A stretch of 64,000 nt of DNA. Origin: Octopus vulgaris. Taxonomy: Eukaryota. Under the pieces are notes generated by a model. That model was not told the DNA's origin and ran no database searches. It was given only the letters and a program-made list of their open reading frames with translations. Location: assembly GCA_951406725.2 (NCBI GenBank), contig OX597836.1, positions 35,650,001 through 35,714,000 of the forward strand, written 5' to 3'. Of the stretch, positions 25,441 to 38,567 are shown one piece after another. Every line of letters begins with the position of its first letter. Positions within the stretch are counted from its first letter, which is position 1. The position numbers and the translations under genes are program-made.

Positions 25441-26285
25441 GTGTCCAAATACCACCGAGGTTGTCCTTTGCCTTTATCTTTTTCGTAGTCGACAAAATAA
25501 GAACCAGCGGAGCACAGCGGGGTCGATGTAATCAACTTAGTCAATCTGCGAAATTGCTGGCCTTGTTCCAAGAAATGAAACCAATTTCGAGCATAATCAA
25601 GATTATAATTAGTTACATTACTTATTTATTTCAGAAAAGAGACTTGTTTTCGATTATGTACACAAATTGCTTGTTTGATTTTCACATAATCGCTTGATTT
25701 CCTCTGATCAAGAGTAAACTCATTCAAAAGATAGGAGAATAATTGACCACATTTTAAGTGAAAATCTTCAGTCAAATTTATTCCCCAACTACTTCGTGCA
25801 CGAAATTACAATTTAGCACTTTTGCTAGAAAGAAACCATCATTATTAGCATAGAAATTACTTGTGCTTCAATCGCCAACTCTCATTTGTTTGCATAATAG
25901 TCTAAATAAAGTAATATTTCATTTATTAGAGCAATTTATAAATTCCACTTTAATCTTGGCAGTGGAATTGTCAATGGAATTACATTTCTAAATGACCATA
26001 AAGAGAAGCGTTGGAAGCGTGTGTTGTTTGCTTTTATTCCCACCGCAAGTGACAATTGGTATTTAATGAGTAGCTATGTAATATCAGCCATATATTCATC
26101 GTCTTAATTCCATTATCATCCATCAACCCATTTAAAAGATATACATTAATGTGTGCTTCGAGATATTAGACTCATGATCAAGTCATTTACATTAGTATGC
26201 TAAGAATAAATTTCAAAATAGTAATCTGACCGAGATGAGGCATTTAACAACTATCGACTCTCTTGCTTATTTTCTCTAATACATG

Positions 26286-26409
26286 CTATTTCTTTACTAC
26301 CCACAAGGGGCTAAACATAGAGAGGGACAAACAAGGACAGACAAACGGATTAAGTCGATTACATCGACCCCAGTGCGTAACCGGTACTTAATTTATCGAC
26401 CCCGAAAGG
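26286..26409 (-). mobile_element. SINE C, 3' half
   Basis: Family match; truncated at the adjacent inverted repeat. Confidence 0.8.
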
Positions 26410-26623
26410 TTGGTGGATAATTATTGCGGCTTTTATTTCAATAGATTTTATTCAGCAAAAAAATATAACAACATTAAATAAAAACACCTTTAAATGATTA
26501 TTCTGGGGCATATTAACCATCTACTTCGATTTCTGCTCGGCGTTTGTTTTAAATGGCGTTTTGCTTAAAATTTTTGTTGAATAGAATTTATAGAAAAAAA
26601 GCCGCAATAATTATCCACCAACC

Positions 26624-26691
<68 letters not shown>

Positions 26692-26865
26692 CTAATAATA
26701 ATAATAACAATAATAATAATGATAATAATAATAATAATAATGATAATAATAATAACAATGATGATAATTATATTAATAATAACAATAATAATAATAATAA
26801 TAATAATAATGTTAATAATGATGATAATAATAATGTTAATAATAATAATGTTAATAATAATAATA

Positions 26866-26910
<45 letters not shown>

Positions 26911-26927
26911 TTAATAATAATAATAAA

Positions 26928-27462
26928 GGCAGTGGCTCTCATGGCTCCTGATCTTAACTGATTGGAGGTGTTATCATGTAAATTGTTTTGTCTTGGTATA
27001 AAAGATGGGCTACTGCAAATATTCTGCTCAATACCACAGATTTGCTTGTCAATTGTTTGACCTTAACCACTTGAGCATGCCCTTTAGTGGCTGACGATAT
27101 GTGCATCTCTGATCACGAGCAGAAGTAGTTGGGGAGCATCATAGTCATATGTTGAGAGGGATTCTTTAGGGTTTGAATAATTCACCCCTGGAAACATGGG
27201 TGTTTCCTTCAACATCCTTAAACAACCCTTTTTCAGGGACCTTTTGAGCGGGATGCGTTACTCGACCAGATGAAAATTATAACTGGACCCCTCCTGCAAG
27301 ATCATGTGCTGTTTATCTTGATATGATATCACCATGTCGCGCACATATGGTTGTGATGCATGTGCCTGGTGTAGCCTTATCAGACGGGTAGTCATGATGG
27401 GTATACTGGGCTTCGTAAAATATACCCCAGTGTCACTTTGATGGCATGCTTTCTCACTGAAT
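26928..27462 (+). mobile_element. Probable LINE 3' UTR inserted in (TAA)n (Dong/R4-like targeting); mini 3' copy at 27569-27610
   Basis: Complex sequence flanked on both sides by (AAT)n; the end CAGTGTCACTTTGATGGCATG..CACT.AATAATAA recurs at 27570. The family assignment is inferred from the target alone. Confidence 0.45.
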
Positions 27463-27475
27463 AATAATAATAAAA

Positions 27476-27543
<68 letters not shown>

Positions 27544-27606
27544 ATAATAATAATAATAATAATAATAATCAGTGTCACTTTGATGGCATGTACTGTTCTC
27601 CCACTC

Positions 27607-27654
<48 letters not shown>

Positions 27655-27853
27655 CATTTCTGCTATAGGCACGAGGTCTGAAATTTGGTGGGATGAGGCT
27701 GGTTGATTAGATGGACCTCAGTACATAACTGATACTTAATTTATGGACTCGGAAATGATGAAAGGCAAAGTCGACCTCGGCGGAATTTGAACTCAGAATT
27801 GTAAAGACAGACGAAATAACGGCATGCTAACGATTATGCAATCTCACCGCCTC
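27655..27853 (-). mobile_element. SINE C long-tail variant, between (AAT)n arrays
   Basis: GATGAAAGGCAAAGTCGACCTCGGCGGAATTTGAACTCAGAA. Confidence 0.7.
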
Positions 27854-27960
<107 letters not shown>

Positions 27961-27970
27961 TAATAATAAC

Positions 27971-28016
<46 letters not shown>

Positions 28017-28374
28017 TTGTTTCTGGTGTTGATGAGGATATTGATCATAAAAAAAAATCAAAGGTTTTGTTTTTGAGATATACGTTATAAGTTATCGTTA
28101 GTATTAAAATAACTGACATTTTCGCAATAAATAATTCAGAAAAATTAAAGTAAAGTTCAATTACATAACATTTAAGAAAATGACATTTATTTGTAAACAA
28201 AGTTATAACTTGGCATTACCGTTTTAGCATAATCTTTACCATTAATACAATGACGGGTTGAGGTGTTCAATCTCAAGTTAACAAGTTCACTAATAGATAT
28301 TTTCTAACGTGAAATAATAGCTATAGAAAATCATAGTATTATGTGTGACTGCCTTTGACTTTATTAAATACATT

Positions 28375-28791
28375 GGATCTTTTCGGTTTGAACGGCAGTT
28401 TTTAACATAATTTCTAGGTAAACAAACTTCGTATACTGGTAGAGTGTGTTTATAAAACATCTTTTTCTCTTTGCTTTATTGAGAAAATTATATAGTTTGT
28501 AAGATATTTGTTGTTGTTTTTCTTCAATTTTTGCAATTTCAACCGATCAATGACGTCTATTGAGTTAAAAAGCATTCTGTGCCGTATGAATATGTCCTTC
28601 GTTTAAGAAACAGATTGGGTTTATTTACATTTGTGAAGAAAAAAATGATACCCTTCCCCACCCCTAACCCTAAGCCTAACCCTAACCCTAAAAGAGATTG
28701 AAATGCAATAGATCGATTCTAGGGTCATCATTATGGGTGACAATTTTATATGACACCGCTAGAAAGACTGCAGTTCAAACCGAAAAGATCC
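28375..28791. mobile_element. MITE with GG-initiated TIRs, 8-bp TSD and internal (CCCTAA)n
   Basis: TIR GGATCTTTTCGGTTTGAAC / GTTCAAACCGAAAAGATCC; TSD AATACATT at 28367 and 28792. Confidence 0.9.
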
Positions 28792-29333
28792 AATACATTA
28801 TTTATGAGATTAAATCTCTCATACATAAAAAATACACACTGATCTATTGAAGTTTGATAGATGTTATGAAAGGAATCATCATAGCTTTCTGGTATTGCAA
28901 AAACTGAAATGAATGACATTGGAATTGTATAATTTCTGCACGCCTCGAAAGTTCCGGAATGAATATTGCTTATCGTTTATAATTTATCTGGTGTCAGTCA
29001 TTGGACTGCGGCTATGCTGGGGCGCCGACTTGTAGTTCTTAACCGAAAAAGTCCTCTTCAGTGCTTACGTCTCCTTGTTAAAGTCTGATGTTTATTTTAG
29101 TGAATTATTAATAATGATAATGATAATAATAATAATGATAAAATAATAATAATAATAAGTGGGTGTAAACACATGAACAAAATAAGAATAAACAAAAACA
29201 AATTACACAAACGTATATAAACAGGAGATACAAATATGAGAGGCATTCCCCCACACACACACTAACTAAACATAAACGCACATAGAGATATACGCATGCG
29301 CAAATGAAGACACATACCATAGAAATACAAAAT

Positions 29334-29995
29334 GGCTTACATTTGGCCAAAATCTTCCAATGTATGTTATAATCGACACCTTTATCGATACCTTTATCTC
29401 TTAAAGACCAAATATGATTAGCGACACAATTATCTACTCATATTTGGTCTTTAAGAGATAAAGGTATCGATTATAAGATGCATTGGAACATTTTGGCCAA
29501 ATGTAAGCCCTATACCAACGGCAGCGGAAGGTGCGGTCTATGCGACATGGAGAGATGGCTTATCTGGAAAAGCAGCTTTGACCCTACTACATGTCTAAAT
29601 TCAAGGACAGAACTTTTCGGATCATGCCCATATGTGACTAAATTTCTGTTACGTTTTTGGTCCCCTAAAGAAAACAGATAGAACATGCATTCTATGTTAT
29701 ATATATTTTATGTATATTTTTAAATATATTTTTTATATATTTTTTATATATTTTTTATGCATTTTTATATAATTTTTTATGGCGAAAAATGCGAGTGAAG
29801 AAGTGTACGTTTACATAGCGATGTATAAGTACGCAGGCAAGCAGAGTTATAACACAGTAATTTCCCTTTGTATAACGGTATTTTTTCATAGAGTTTTCAA
29901 ATAGCCAGATAACCGAAGAGATGGCGTTGTGGATTCCCACTTCGGCATCTGAAACTCAGAGTTTTACCTTGACTATCGAGTAATGTAACATATTA

Positions 29996-29998
<3 letters not shown>
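29334..29998 (+). mobile_element. Penelope-like element 3' end with an inverted 5' duplication
   Basis: 29334-29417 is the reverse complement of 29437-29510; EN fragment; hammerhead-like CCGAAGA..GAAAC(TCAGA)GTT at 29907-29965; ends in (TA)n. Confidence 0.75.
29421..29681 (+). pseudogene. PLE GIY-YIG endonuclease C-terminus
   Basis: ATQLSTHIWSLRDKGIDYKMHWNILAKCKPYTNGSGRCGLCDMERWLIW..CLNSRTELFGSCPY, the same motif pattern as 6211-6513. Confidence 0.8.
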
Positions 29999-30026
<28 letters not shown>

Positions 30027-30029
30027 TAT

Positions 30030-30196
30030 ATACGACGGGCTTCTTTCAGTTTCCGTCTACCAAATTCACTCAGAAGGTTTTGGTCGGCCCGAGGCTATAG
30101 TAGAAGACACTTGCCCAAGGTGCCACGCAGTGGGACTGAACCCGGAACCATATGGTTGGTAAGCAAGCTACTTACCACACAGCCACTTCTGCGCCT
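30030..30196 (-). mobile_element. SINE B, 5' half
   Basis: Family match. Confidence 0.85.
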
Positions 30197-31072
30197 GTGT
30201 TGTTTAAAACTTTCTAATAACTTAGAGAAGAAGGGGAGCAGCTTCGATTCTTGTCCAGTCCCTATGATTTTTAGGAAGATGCGTGTATGTTATTAATTGA
30301 CCAGAAAGTTGCCAATTGAGCGCACATCGCTAAATACTCTCGCAGGCGATGTGGGGGATATGAAAGCTGATAATGCATTAAATCTGTCACCAAGAAAGGA
30401 CATTTCTCTCGGTGGCTTTCCACAGAGCTTGCGTCTACTAAACCTTCACTGACAAGCGTCGAGTTGACTAAATCGCACACAGAAAGCACTTACTTAAGCC
30501 GCCAGACCACGTAGTTGATAAATATTTAATTACATATTCACGCAAGAACGTTTCTGCAATAGATTTAATGTCTATGCTACCATATTTAAAGTGTCCGATG
30601 CAAGTCAATGATTCTATATCAAACTATTGTGCTGTATTTCTAGATATCTTTAATTCCAGATGTTCCTAGACATCATTTCCTATTACATACGCTCTACGCA
30701 CCATTATATCTCCAGTTCCTAATTTCCTTCGGAAATAATCTTTTCATCCTCATATCCTGAGACACAAATCTATCTTTACGCATGAATTATTTTGAACAAT
30801 ATAGTGTGTCAGATATTTCTGAAATTACAGCCGATATTCTTTTTGTAGACGCGATAATTACGAATGAGATTTGTCTGTTGATTACTTTATTGATCTGATG
30901 GAATAGACACTATGATCAGGAATAATATGGAGAGATCCAGTTCAAAAGAAGGTATATAATTTCTTGCAGGTAGGTCGGTAATCCTAATAGAAATAACAAC
31001 CAAAGCATCACACCATGCTAAAAACAGAAGAAAGACACTATTGTTTTAGATAAAAAACAAACAAAAATATAT

Positions 31073-31333
31073 ATTTCTTTATTGCCCACAAGGGGCTAAA
31101 CATAGAGGGGACAAACAAGGACAGACAAAGGGATTAAGTCGATTATATCGACCCAGTGCGAAACTGGTATTATATTTATCGACCCAGTGCGAAACTGGTA
31201 TTTTATTTATCGACCCCGAGAGGATGAAAGGCAAAGTTGACCCCGGGGGAAATTGAACTCAGAACGTAACGACAGACGAAATACCGCTAAGTATTTCGTC
31301 CGGCGCGCTAACGTTTCTGCCAGCTCGCCGCCT
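31073..31333 (-). mobile_element. SINE C monomer with an internal 31-bp duplication
   Basis: Family match; TSD-like AAACAAACAAAAATATA on both sides. Confidence 0.85.
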
Positions 31334-31574
31334 TTAAACAAACAAAAATATAGAAGGTATGTTCACGACAAGGAAGTCATTAATTATTTGTATGCTAATG
31401 AGGCCACATGACAAGAGCAATGGCCACAACTAAACGTTGATCGTAAAGCATGTGTCATTCTTTCTAACATGTGATTGATATAGTGTTTGTGGCAGCTGCA
31501 TCATTTCCATATTTACAAGTTGTACACGCATACATTTAAGTCCTTCATGTCATTCTTAGTGATAGTCAACTATG

Positions 31575-31747
31575 TAGGCGCAAGTGTGGCTGTGTGGTAA
31601 GTAGCTTGCTTACCAACCACATGGTTCCGGGTTCAGTCCCACTGCGTGACACCTTGGGCAAGTGTCTTCTACTATAGCCTCGGGCCGACCAATGCCTTGT
31701 GAGCGGATTTGGTAGACAGAAACTGAAAGAAGCCTGTCGTATATATG

Positions 31748-31778
<31 letters not shown>

Positions 31779-31990
31779 CTGTATGTTTGTGTGTCTGTGT
31801 TTGTCCCCCTAGCATTGCTTGACAACCGATGCTGATGTGTTTATGTCCCCGTCACTTAGCGGTTCGGCAAAAAGAAACCGATAGAATAAGTACTGGGCTT
31901 ACAAAGAATAAGTCCCGGAGTCGAGATGCTCGATTAAAGGCGGTGCTCCACCATGGCCGCAGTCAAATGACTGAAACAAGTAAAAGAGAA
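31575..31990 (+). mobile_element. SINE B, full length
   Basis: Family match. Confidence 0.9.
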
Positions 31991-32044
31991 GGAGAAAGAG
32001 AGATATATACTATTTTGCTATTTACTATTTTATTATTTTGCTAT

Positions 32045-32238
32045 TTTACTTGTTTCAGTCATTTGACTGTGGCTATGCTGGAGCACCGCCTTTAGTCAAG
32101 CGAATCTACCCCAGGACTTATTCTTTGTAAGCCTAGTACTTATTCTATCGGTCGCTTTTGCCGAACTGCTAATTTACGGTGACGTAAACACACCAGCATC
32201 GGTTGTCAAGCGATGTTGGGGTGACAAACACAGACACA

Positions 32239-32302
<64 letters not shown>

Positions 32303-32471
32303 TATACGACGGGTTTCTTTCAGTTTCCGTCTACCAAATCCACTCACAAGGATTTGGTTGACCCGAGGCTATAGTAGAAGACACTTGCCGAAGGTGCCAC
32401 GCAGTGAGACTGAACCTGGAACCATGTGGTTGGTAAACAAGCTACTTACCACACAGCCACCCCTACGCCTA
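32045..32471 (-). mobile_element. SINE B, full length, tail-to-tail with the previous copy
   Basis: Family match. Confidence 0.9.
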
Positions 32472-32686
32472 TATATTATATTTCAAGAACAAAAGCTGAA
32501 AATGATAGTTAAACACAAAAGAAGATGATATTTTATACTACACAGTAAGAAAAATCAGATGACACCACATTTGGAATGGTTAACTACCAGTTTTGTCCTG
32601 ATCAAGTAGGACGAAAACTCTTTAGTTAGTGATCATTGCTTCGTCTTTTAGTATTTCAAAAGCTTACTGTTTACATTATGCTAGAG

Positions 32687-33208
32687 AGGCAATCGGGCGA
32701 AATACTTAACAGTATTTCGTCTGCCGCTACGTTCAAATTCCGCCGAGGTCGACTTTGCCTGTCATCCTTTCGGGGCCGATTAAATTAGTACCATTTACGC
32801 ACTGGGGTCGATGTAATCGACTTAATCCGTTTAGCCCCTTGTGGGTAGTAAAGAAATAGGTATTTCGCCTGTTGCTATGTTCTGAGTTCAAACTCTGCCA
32901 AGGTTGACTTTACCTTTCATCCTTTCGGTGTCGATTGAATTAGTACCAGTTACGCACTGGGGTAAATGTAATCGACTTAATCCGTTTGTCTGTCCTTGTT
33001 TGTCCTCTCTGTGTTTACCCCCATGTGGGTAGTAAAGAAATAGGTATTTCGTCCGCCGCTACCTTCTGAGTTCAAATTCCGCCGAGGTCGACTTTACCTT
33101 TCATCCTTTTTCAGGGTCGATAAGGTAAGTACCATTTGCATACTGGATTCGCTCTAAACGATTGGTCCTCTCCCCCAAACTTTCGGGCTTTGTGCCTAGA
33201 ATAGAAAA
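32687..33208 (+). mobile_element. SINE C trimer (head-to-tail units)
   Basis: Units restart at GTATTTCG after AAAGAAATAG (32860, 33044); the last unit ends in a different tail. Confidence 0.85.
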
Positions 33209-33762
33209 TATTGTTCTAGACAGACAATGTATCTGACGATTCTCAGTGAAGACAGGGCTTGATTTATGAGAAAATTTAGCTGTTCAATCTGAGAGATCGA
33301 CTAACCGTGTAGTATCTCTTTATAGCAGTCCTCATTTCTTCACTACTTCTTTTTAATCAGAAGGGCTTTAGAGCATCTAATCCGTTATATTTTATAAAAA
33401 CGTTTCATGCTGGTAGTTGTACACATTTCCTTTCGTTACTTATGTTTGCAGCTGATGACATCCTAGTAGATTACATTGTTGTTATGCAAATGTGATATTC
33501 AGGGCTTTACAAAATTCTTTCGGACAACTTTCTCTGTTAAAACAATCTTTAATTACTTTTCATATCTTAATCGAATTGCAAATATCTAACACAAAAGGAA
33601 ATCCTATACGAGCGTGTAATTAATTAATAAGTTGGAGGAAACTGATGATAACAGCGTTGTAAATAACTGAATGTTTCATCTTCTTCAGAACAAATTGATT
33701 ATACATTTGGAAAAGAATATTTGTGAGTCATAAGGAGTTATCCCTTCGTTTTTCTGCTAAAC

Positions 33763-34060
33763 CAGTGGTTCTCAATCGTGATCCATATGAGCTCTGAGGG
33801 TCCATATAAGGTTTTTAGGGTCCACGTAACAAAGTACATTTTCTGTCTAGAACACTCAACAGTATTTTAAGGGCCCCTGAATATATTTCTCGTTAGATGT
33901 ATGTATCGGTATGTATAACAAGAAACAGCTACGGTTCTCTATCTAACATTTTACATAGTTCAACCTATACAAATTATTGTGTGAAAATACGAATTTTGTA
34001 AGAAGTTTCTATAAATCTTGTTTATAAACATTGAATGAATATGCTGTTCCACCTGAATAA
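33763..34060 (+). mobile_element. hAT-like MITE remnant
   Basis: CAGTGGTTCTCAA terminus and GGGTCCA subterminal repeats; right end not found. Confidence 0.45.
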
Positions 34061-34074
34061 AATAGTATTCAATG

Positions 34075-34606
34075 TGGCTATGCAGCATATAAGCTATTGG
34101 GAAAGACTCAAGAGATTAAGACTCTATTCCTTAGAGCGTAGACGAGAAAGATATGTCATAATATACATCTGGAAGATCCTGGAAGGACTTGTCCCAAACT
34201 TTGGCATCAAGTGTTACACAAATACTAGAACTGGGCGCCACTGCATAGTGCCAAGGACTCCAAATTTGCTACCAAGATGTAGGACAAGATACTGCGATAG
34301 CCTGGGCTTCAGAGGTCCACAGCTTTTCAATATTTTCCCGAAGGACACGAGACACCTGCATGGAGTGGATGCAGATGTCTTTAAAATAAAGCTGGAACTC
34401 TTCCTGTCAGGTGTCTCAGATGAACCAACTTCACGGCAGGATGTACAGATAAGGGCAGCTGCATCAAATTCTCTCATGCACCAAATGTCAATTGCTAAAA
34501 ATCATTCATGAAGTAAAATCATGTAGTAACACTGAATGGCGGTGCCCCAGTATGGCCACGGCTCGTGAGCTGAAACTAGATAAAAATGAAAATGAAAATG
34601 AAAATA
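34075..34606 (+). mobile_element. CR1-group LINE 3' end (ORF2 C-terminus, 3' UTR, (AAAATG)n tail)
   Basis: SYWERLKRLRLYSLERRRERYVIIYIWKILEGLVPN..RGPQLFN..FKIKLELFL..DEP; stop at 34511. Confidence 0.85.
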
Positions 34607-35005
34607 GATAAAAAAAAAGTTCAGAATCGAAACATGAAATATCAAATGAACACTAGACGTCATAGACCTGATGCTATTGATCAGCCTGAGACCTGCATTT
34701 AATAAAATATTTGTCAGAAAAATACCCTATTGTGTTATGTATGCGATTATGGACAAACGTTGATGGGTGCTCTAATACAAGCACCGATGTATGTCCGATA
34801 TGAAAGGTAGTAACGAAAAGTAAGATGTATCTAAGAGCATGCCTAATTAATTTTGATACAATTTTTTAACATTTGCTCCATATTTCTGTATATATTGAAA
34901 GCATAGCTAATTAAATTCCTCCCTGTTATCAAACCCAGCAAAGGTTATTTCAGATGAAGGTGAAGGTAGCATTCTTCCTTTACTGAAATTATATATTTAT
35001 GACAT

Positions 35006-35042
<37 letters not shown>

Positions 35043-35048
<6 letters not shown>

Positions 35049-35560
35049 TAGAAAAAAACACCTTTTATCAATTCAAAATGAACAATTAAATTACACCATC
35101 TAGAAAATTATTTTATTGTTCTAGTTTATTTTTAACCTGATGAGTGACTATATTTATATCGAAGTGATTTCACTACTACTATAATCATTTCTTAAATATA
35201 GCCACGAAACTCGTGTCGTTATTATACCAATTATATACGTTTTTATTATTTTTTGCAATTTACTTAATCATTGACATTTTATTGTTATTTTAACTTTAAT
35301 ATTTCTATTATATGTAATTTTCTAGATGGTGTAATTTAATTGTTCATTTTGAATTGATAAAAGGTGTTTTTTTTCTAATTTTATATATATATATATTATA
35401 TTGTGTGAAATTTGATTTAGTATTTCTAAATTGATTTTTTTTCCTTGTAAGTTTGGATTTTATCCCCTCAAATGATAACTATTACCTTCAATTAGAATAT
35501 TCTTGTTAAATTCTTACCGTATATTCGTTTGATTAAGTCTGTTTAGTGTTTTGAAATTGT
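35043..35560 (+). mobile_element. PLE-like fold-back cassette in (TA)n
   Basis: Inverted repeat 35043-35110 / 35315-35383 enclosing a hammerhead; right boundary uncertain. Confidence 0.65.
35133..35221 (+). ncRNA. Type I hammerhead ribozyme with long stem II
   Basis: TAAC-CTGATGA-GTGACTATATTTA...TAAATATAGCCAC-GAAAC(TCGT)GTC^GTTA; stem II is extended by GAAGTGATT/AATCATTTC. Confidence 0.8.
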
Positions 35561-35938
35561 TAGTTCATTACTAATTTTTTTAGTAATAAAAGTAATTGCA
35601 AACAGGCGCAGGCGTGGCTGCATGGTAAGAATTTTGTTTCACAGCCACATTGTTCTTGCTTCAGTCCAATTACGTGGCATATTGTGCAAATGGCTGCTAC
35701 GAGAGCTCCGGGCAGATAAACGTTTTCCGAGTATGTGCGGCGGACGAAAACGGAAAGAATTGCTACCGTACGCACACACACACAACGCACGCACACACAC
35801 GCGCGCGCATATAAGCTTTAAGTTTATAAGCGTTCACCGAGCATTGATTAACGTAAATAATTTAATATTAGAGCATTAAGCTTATATATATATACAGTAT
35901 GTGTGTGTGTGTGTGTGTGTGTGTGAATGTATATATGT

Positions 35939-36210
35939 GTGGAGGCGCAATGGCTCAGTGGTTAGGGCAGCGGACACGCGGTCGTAGGATCGGTTTCGAT
36001 TCCCACACCTAGCGTTATGTGTGTTTATTGAGCGAAAACACCTTAAAGCTCCACGAGGCTCCGGCAGGGGGTGGCGATCGTTGCTGTACTCTTTTACCAC
36101 TCTTTCTCTCACTCTTTCTTCTGTTGGCCTGCTCGCTTTGCGAGCGGGTTGGCGTCATTCGAAGGTTAAAACAATGCGAACGCATTGTGACCAGCGATGT
36201 GTAGCAACAT
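35939..36210 (+). mobile_element. SINE A head with a third alternative tail
   Basis: Matches family A to about 36125, then continues with TTGGCGTCATTCGAAGG..GTAGCAACAT. Confidence 0.8.
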
Positions 36211-38567
36211 ATGATGATATATATACATATATATGGAAAAAAAAGTCAAGATAGAAAATGCTAAATTAATTTTATAAAAAACATTTCAGTACCGGTTTCA
36301 GTCGGGGCGGAATAGCAAGAGGTCTAAGCTCCTTGATTTGAAATTTGAATTTATTTTTTGGTAAGAGCTCAGTGCCTCATCTTGTAAGGACGATTGCGTC
36401 CATTCTTTGAACTTGGTAAGAGGTTCAATACCTCATTTTGTGTTGTTGAGAAAAAGAGAACAATGTTTCCGGGAAGTAGGAATGGGCGGCCGTTGTCTGC
36501 TTCCCCACCAACCATATTTTAATCTTTTTCATTCTATTATTATTTGTGTCTTTGACCAGCCTGCAACTACATCTTTGTAAGTCAGTATGGCCAATTTACG
36601 AAATAAAGTAGCTTACTTACCAACTGGGTTCCGGGTTCAGTGCAACAGCTTGGCACCTTGGGCAAGTGGCACCTCGGGCCGGCCAAAACCTTGTGAGTGG
36701 ATTTGGTAGGCAACAACAATTTCAACACTAACCGTGAGGCAAGAGTTACACTAAAGAATTAATCACACGTAACAAAACTGCAAGCGTTTCGCCCGGCGTG
36801 CTAACGTTCGTGCCAACTCGCAGCATTTTGAGACTTAGTATTATTCCCGTGAAGTTGTTATGATTCCAATTAATATTTAATTGCATACAATTTTCGATTT
36901 ATTTCTAAATTCGAATTATTTCGAAACCCGTTACTTTCCTGACGGTTAAGAGGAGAGATTCTGAATTGAAATTTTTTGGCCATTCAAAATGTTTCATTTT
37001 TATAACATGTATTCTGTTATAATACAAAGAGTCTTTGAAAGAATTAGAAACTTTTAACAGATTGATTTTCATTTTCAAAAAGTACATGTTTTGTCACATG
37101 CTTTCTAATTGGTAAATTATTGAAATTTAGATTTTCCCAGCGGAGGCTTTAATAATCGTTATAATTATTTTACTAAAAGCTTTCATTTTTCAAATTTTTT
37201 GTTTCATACTCTGCAGTCTTAGTATATTCGATGGGGCTGTCATAAATATTTCGCTGTTTACCTCTTTTTTTTTTTTTTTTTTCTAGTTTCAGCTGCGGCC
37301 ATGCTGATGCACCGCTTGTATATTAATCCTTTCAAATTTGATCTTAATTAAGTCGAAATATATTTTTATGGTAGTGTTTATGTTTTTTTCTTTTCTCTCT
37401 CTCCCTATGAATTTTGGTTCCCACAAATTTAAATAAATTTTACCATTCTTCAGACATATGACAATGAGATGCGAAAGAGAAAATTCTATATCATTTATTT
37501 AGATAACATTTTCATAAACTACTTTTCAAGCCAAAATTGTTATAACTGCTTCTACTAAAAGGACCCAATACCTTTGGAATGCATCTCGTATATGTTGCGT
37601 AGCATTTTAAACCCCAAAACATTCTCTTTAGAAGTTTGCTCTCGTCCTCGTGTATTTATGTTTCTTCGTTGTCACTTTATGCTGCTGAAAACTTATTGCT
37701 TCACTGCGAGCTATTTTGCTTTACTCGTATTTGATCATTTGCTGAATAAAATATGCTCGAACAAAGTATATTTTCAAAGAAAAGGAGTGGAAAATGTAGA
37801 AAATCCAAGTAGATTCTTGACTTTGCATGAAATGATAGCTCGTAAAATTATTCCTTCTTACGTTCATTTCATAAAGTTTATATTAGTATTTAAAAAACAT
37901 ATATTTTTCTATAAGCATTTAATCTAACAAAATGAATACACACGATTTTCTTATACGAAGAGACTATTAGAATTAGAATTACTTTCAATGTAGTGAATAA
38001 ATATTAACATAATCGAAATCGATCTTGGTATCATATAAATATATGACAACAATTATCGTTCTTGATATTAGATTTCATTATTTCTATATCTCTGAATAAA
38101 ATGTGCTTCAAAAAAGTGCTTAAGCAATATGGAGGAATAGATGCATTGTGATATGAATGTACATATGGCTTACATATGTTCGTATAATGTCTTGAAACGT
38201 ATACTGTATAAATATTTATATATCATAAACAATAGACTATATTAAAAATTAAAATATCTAGAAACATTTAATTCACCAAACTGAATATTGATTATTTCCT
38301 TATAAAATTAATTGAAAATTTTGAAATATTGTGGACTATGATGAATGAATTGTACTTCATAAATAATCGTTGTCATTGCGCAGGAAGAAAGCGAAATTCC
38401 CTCTTATTCCATTAAACATATATGAATACACATGTTTAAAACGTTCTGTATAGTTGCATTTTATAGAGTCAGACTTCTCTTTTCGTCATTGGGATTTATC
38501 ATTTCTTCTGACAGTAACTTGCTTCAATTTCTAGCAGAGGGGTGTTCACCTTAATGATTATGTACTC

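Noticed and set aside
25930-26106. About 58-codon open frame on the plus strand
   Set aside because: No recognisable motif or convincing splice donor; compatible with chance
30271-30489. 72-aa minus-strand ORF
   Set aside because: It overlaps a decayed SINE B-like remnant and resembles no known family
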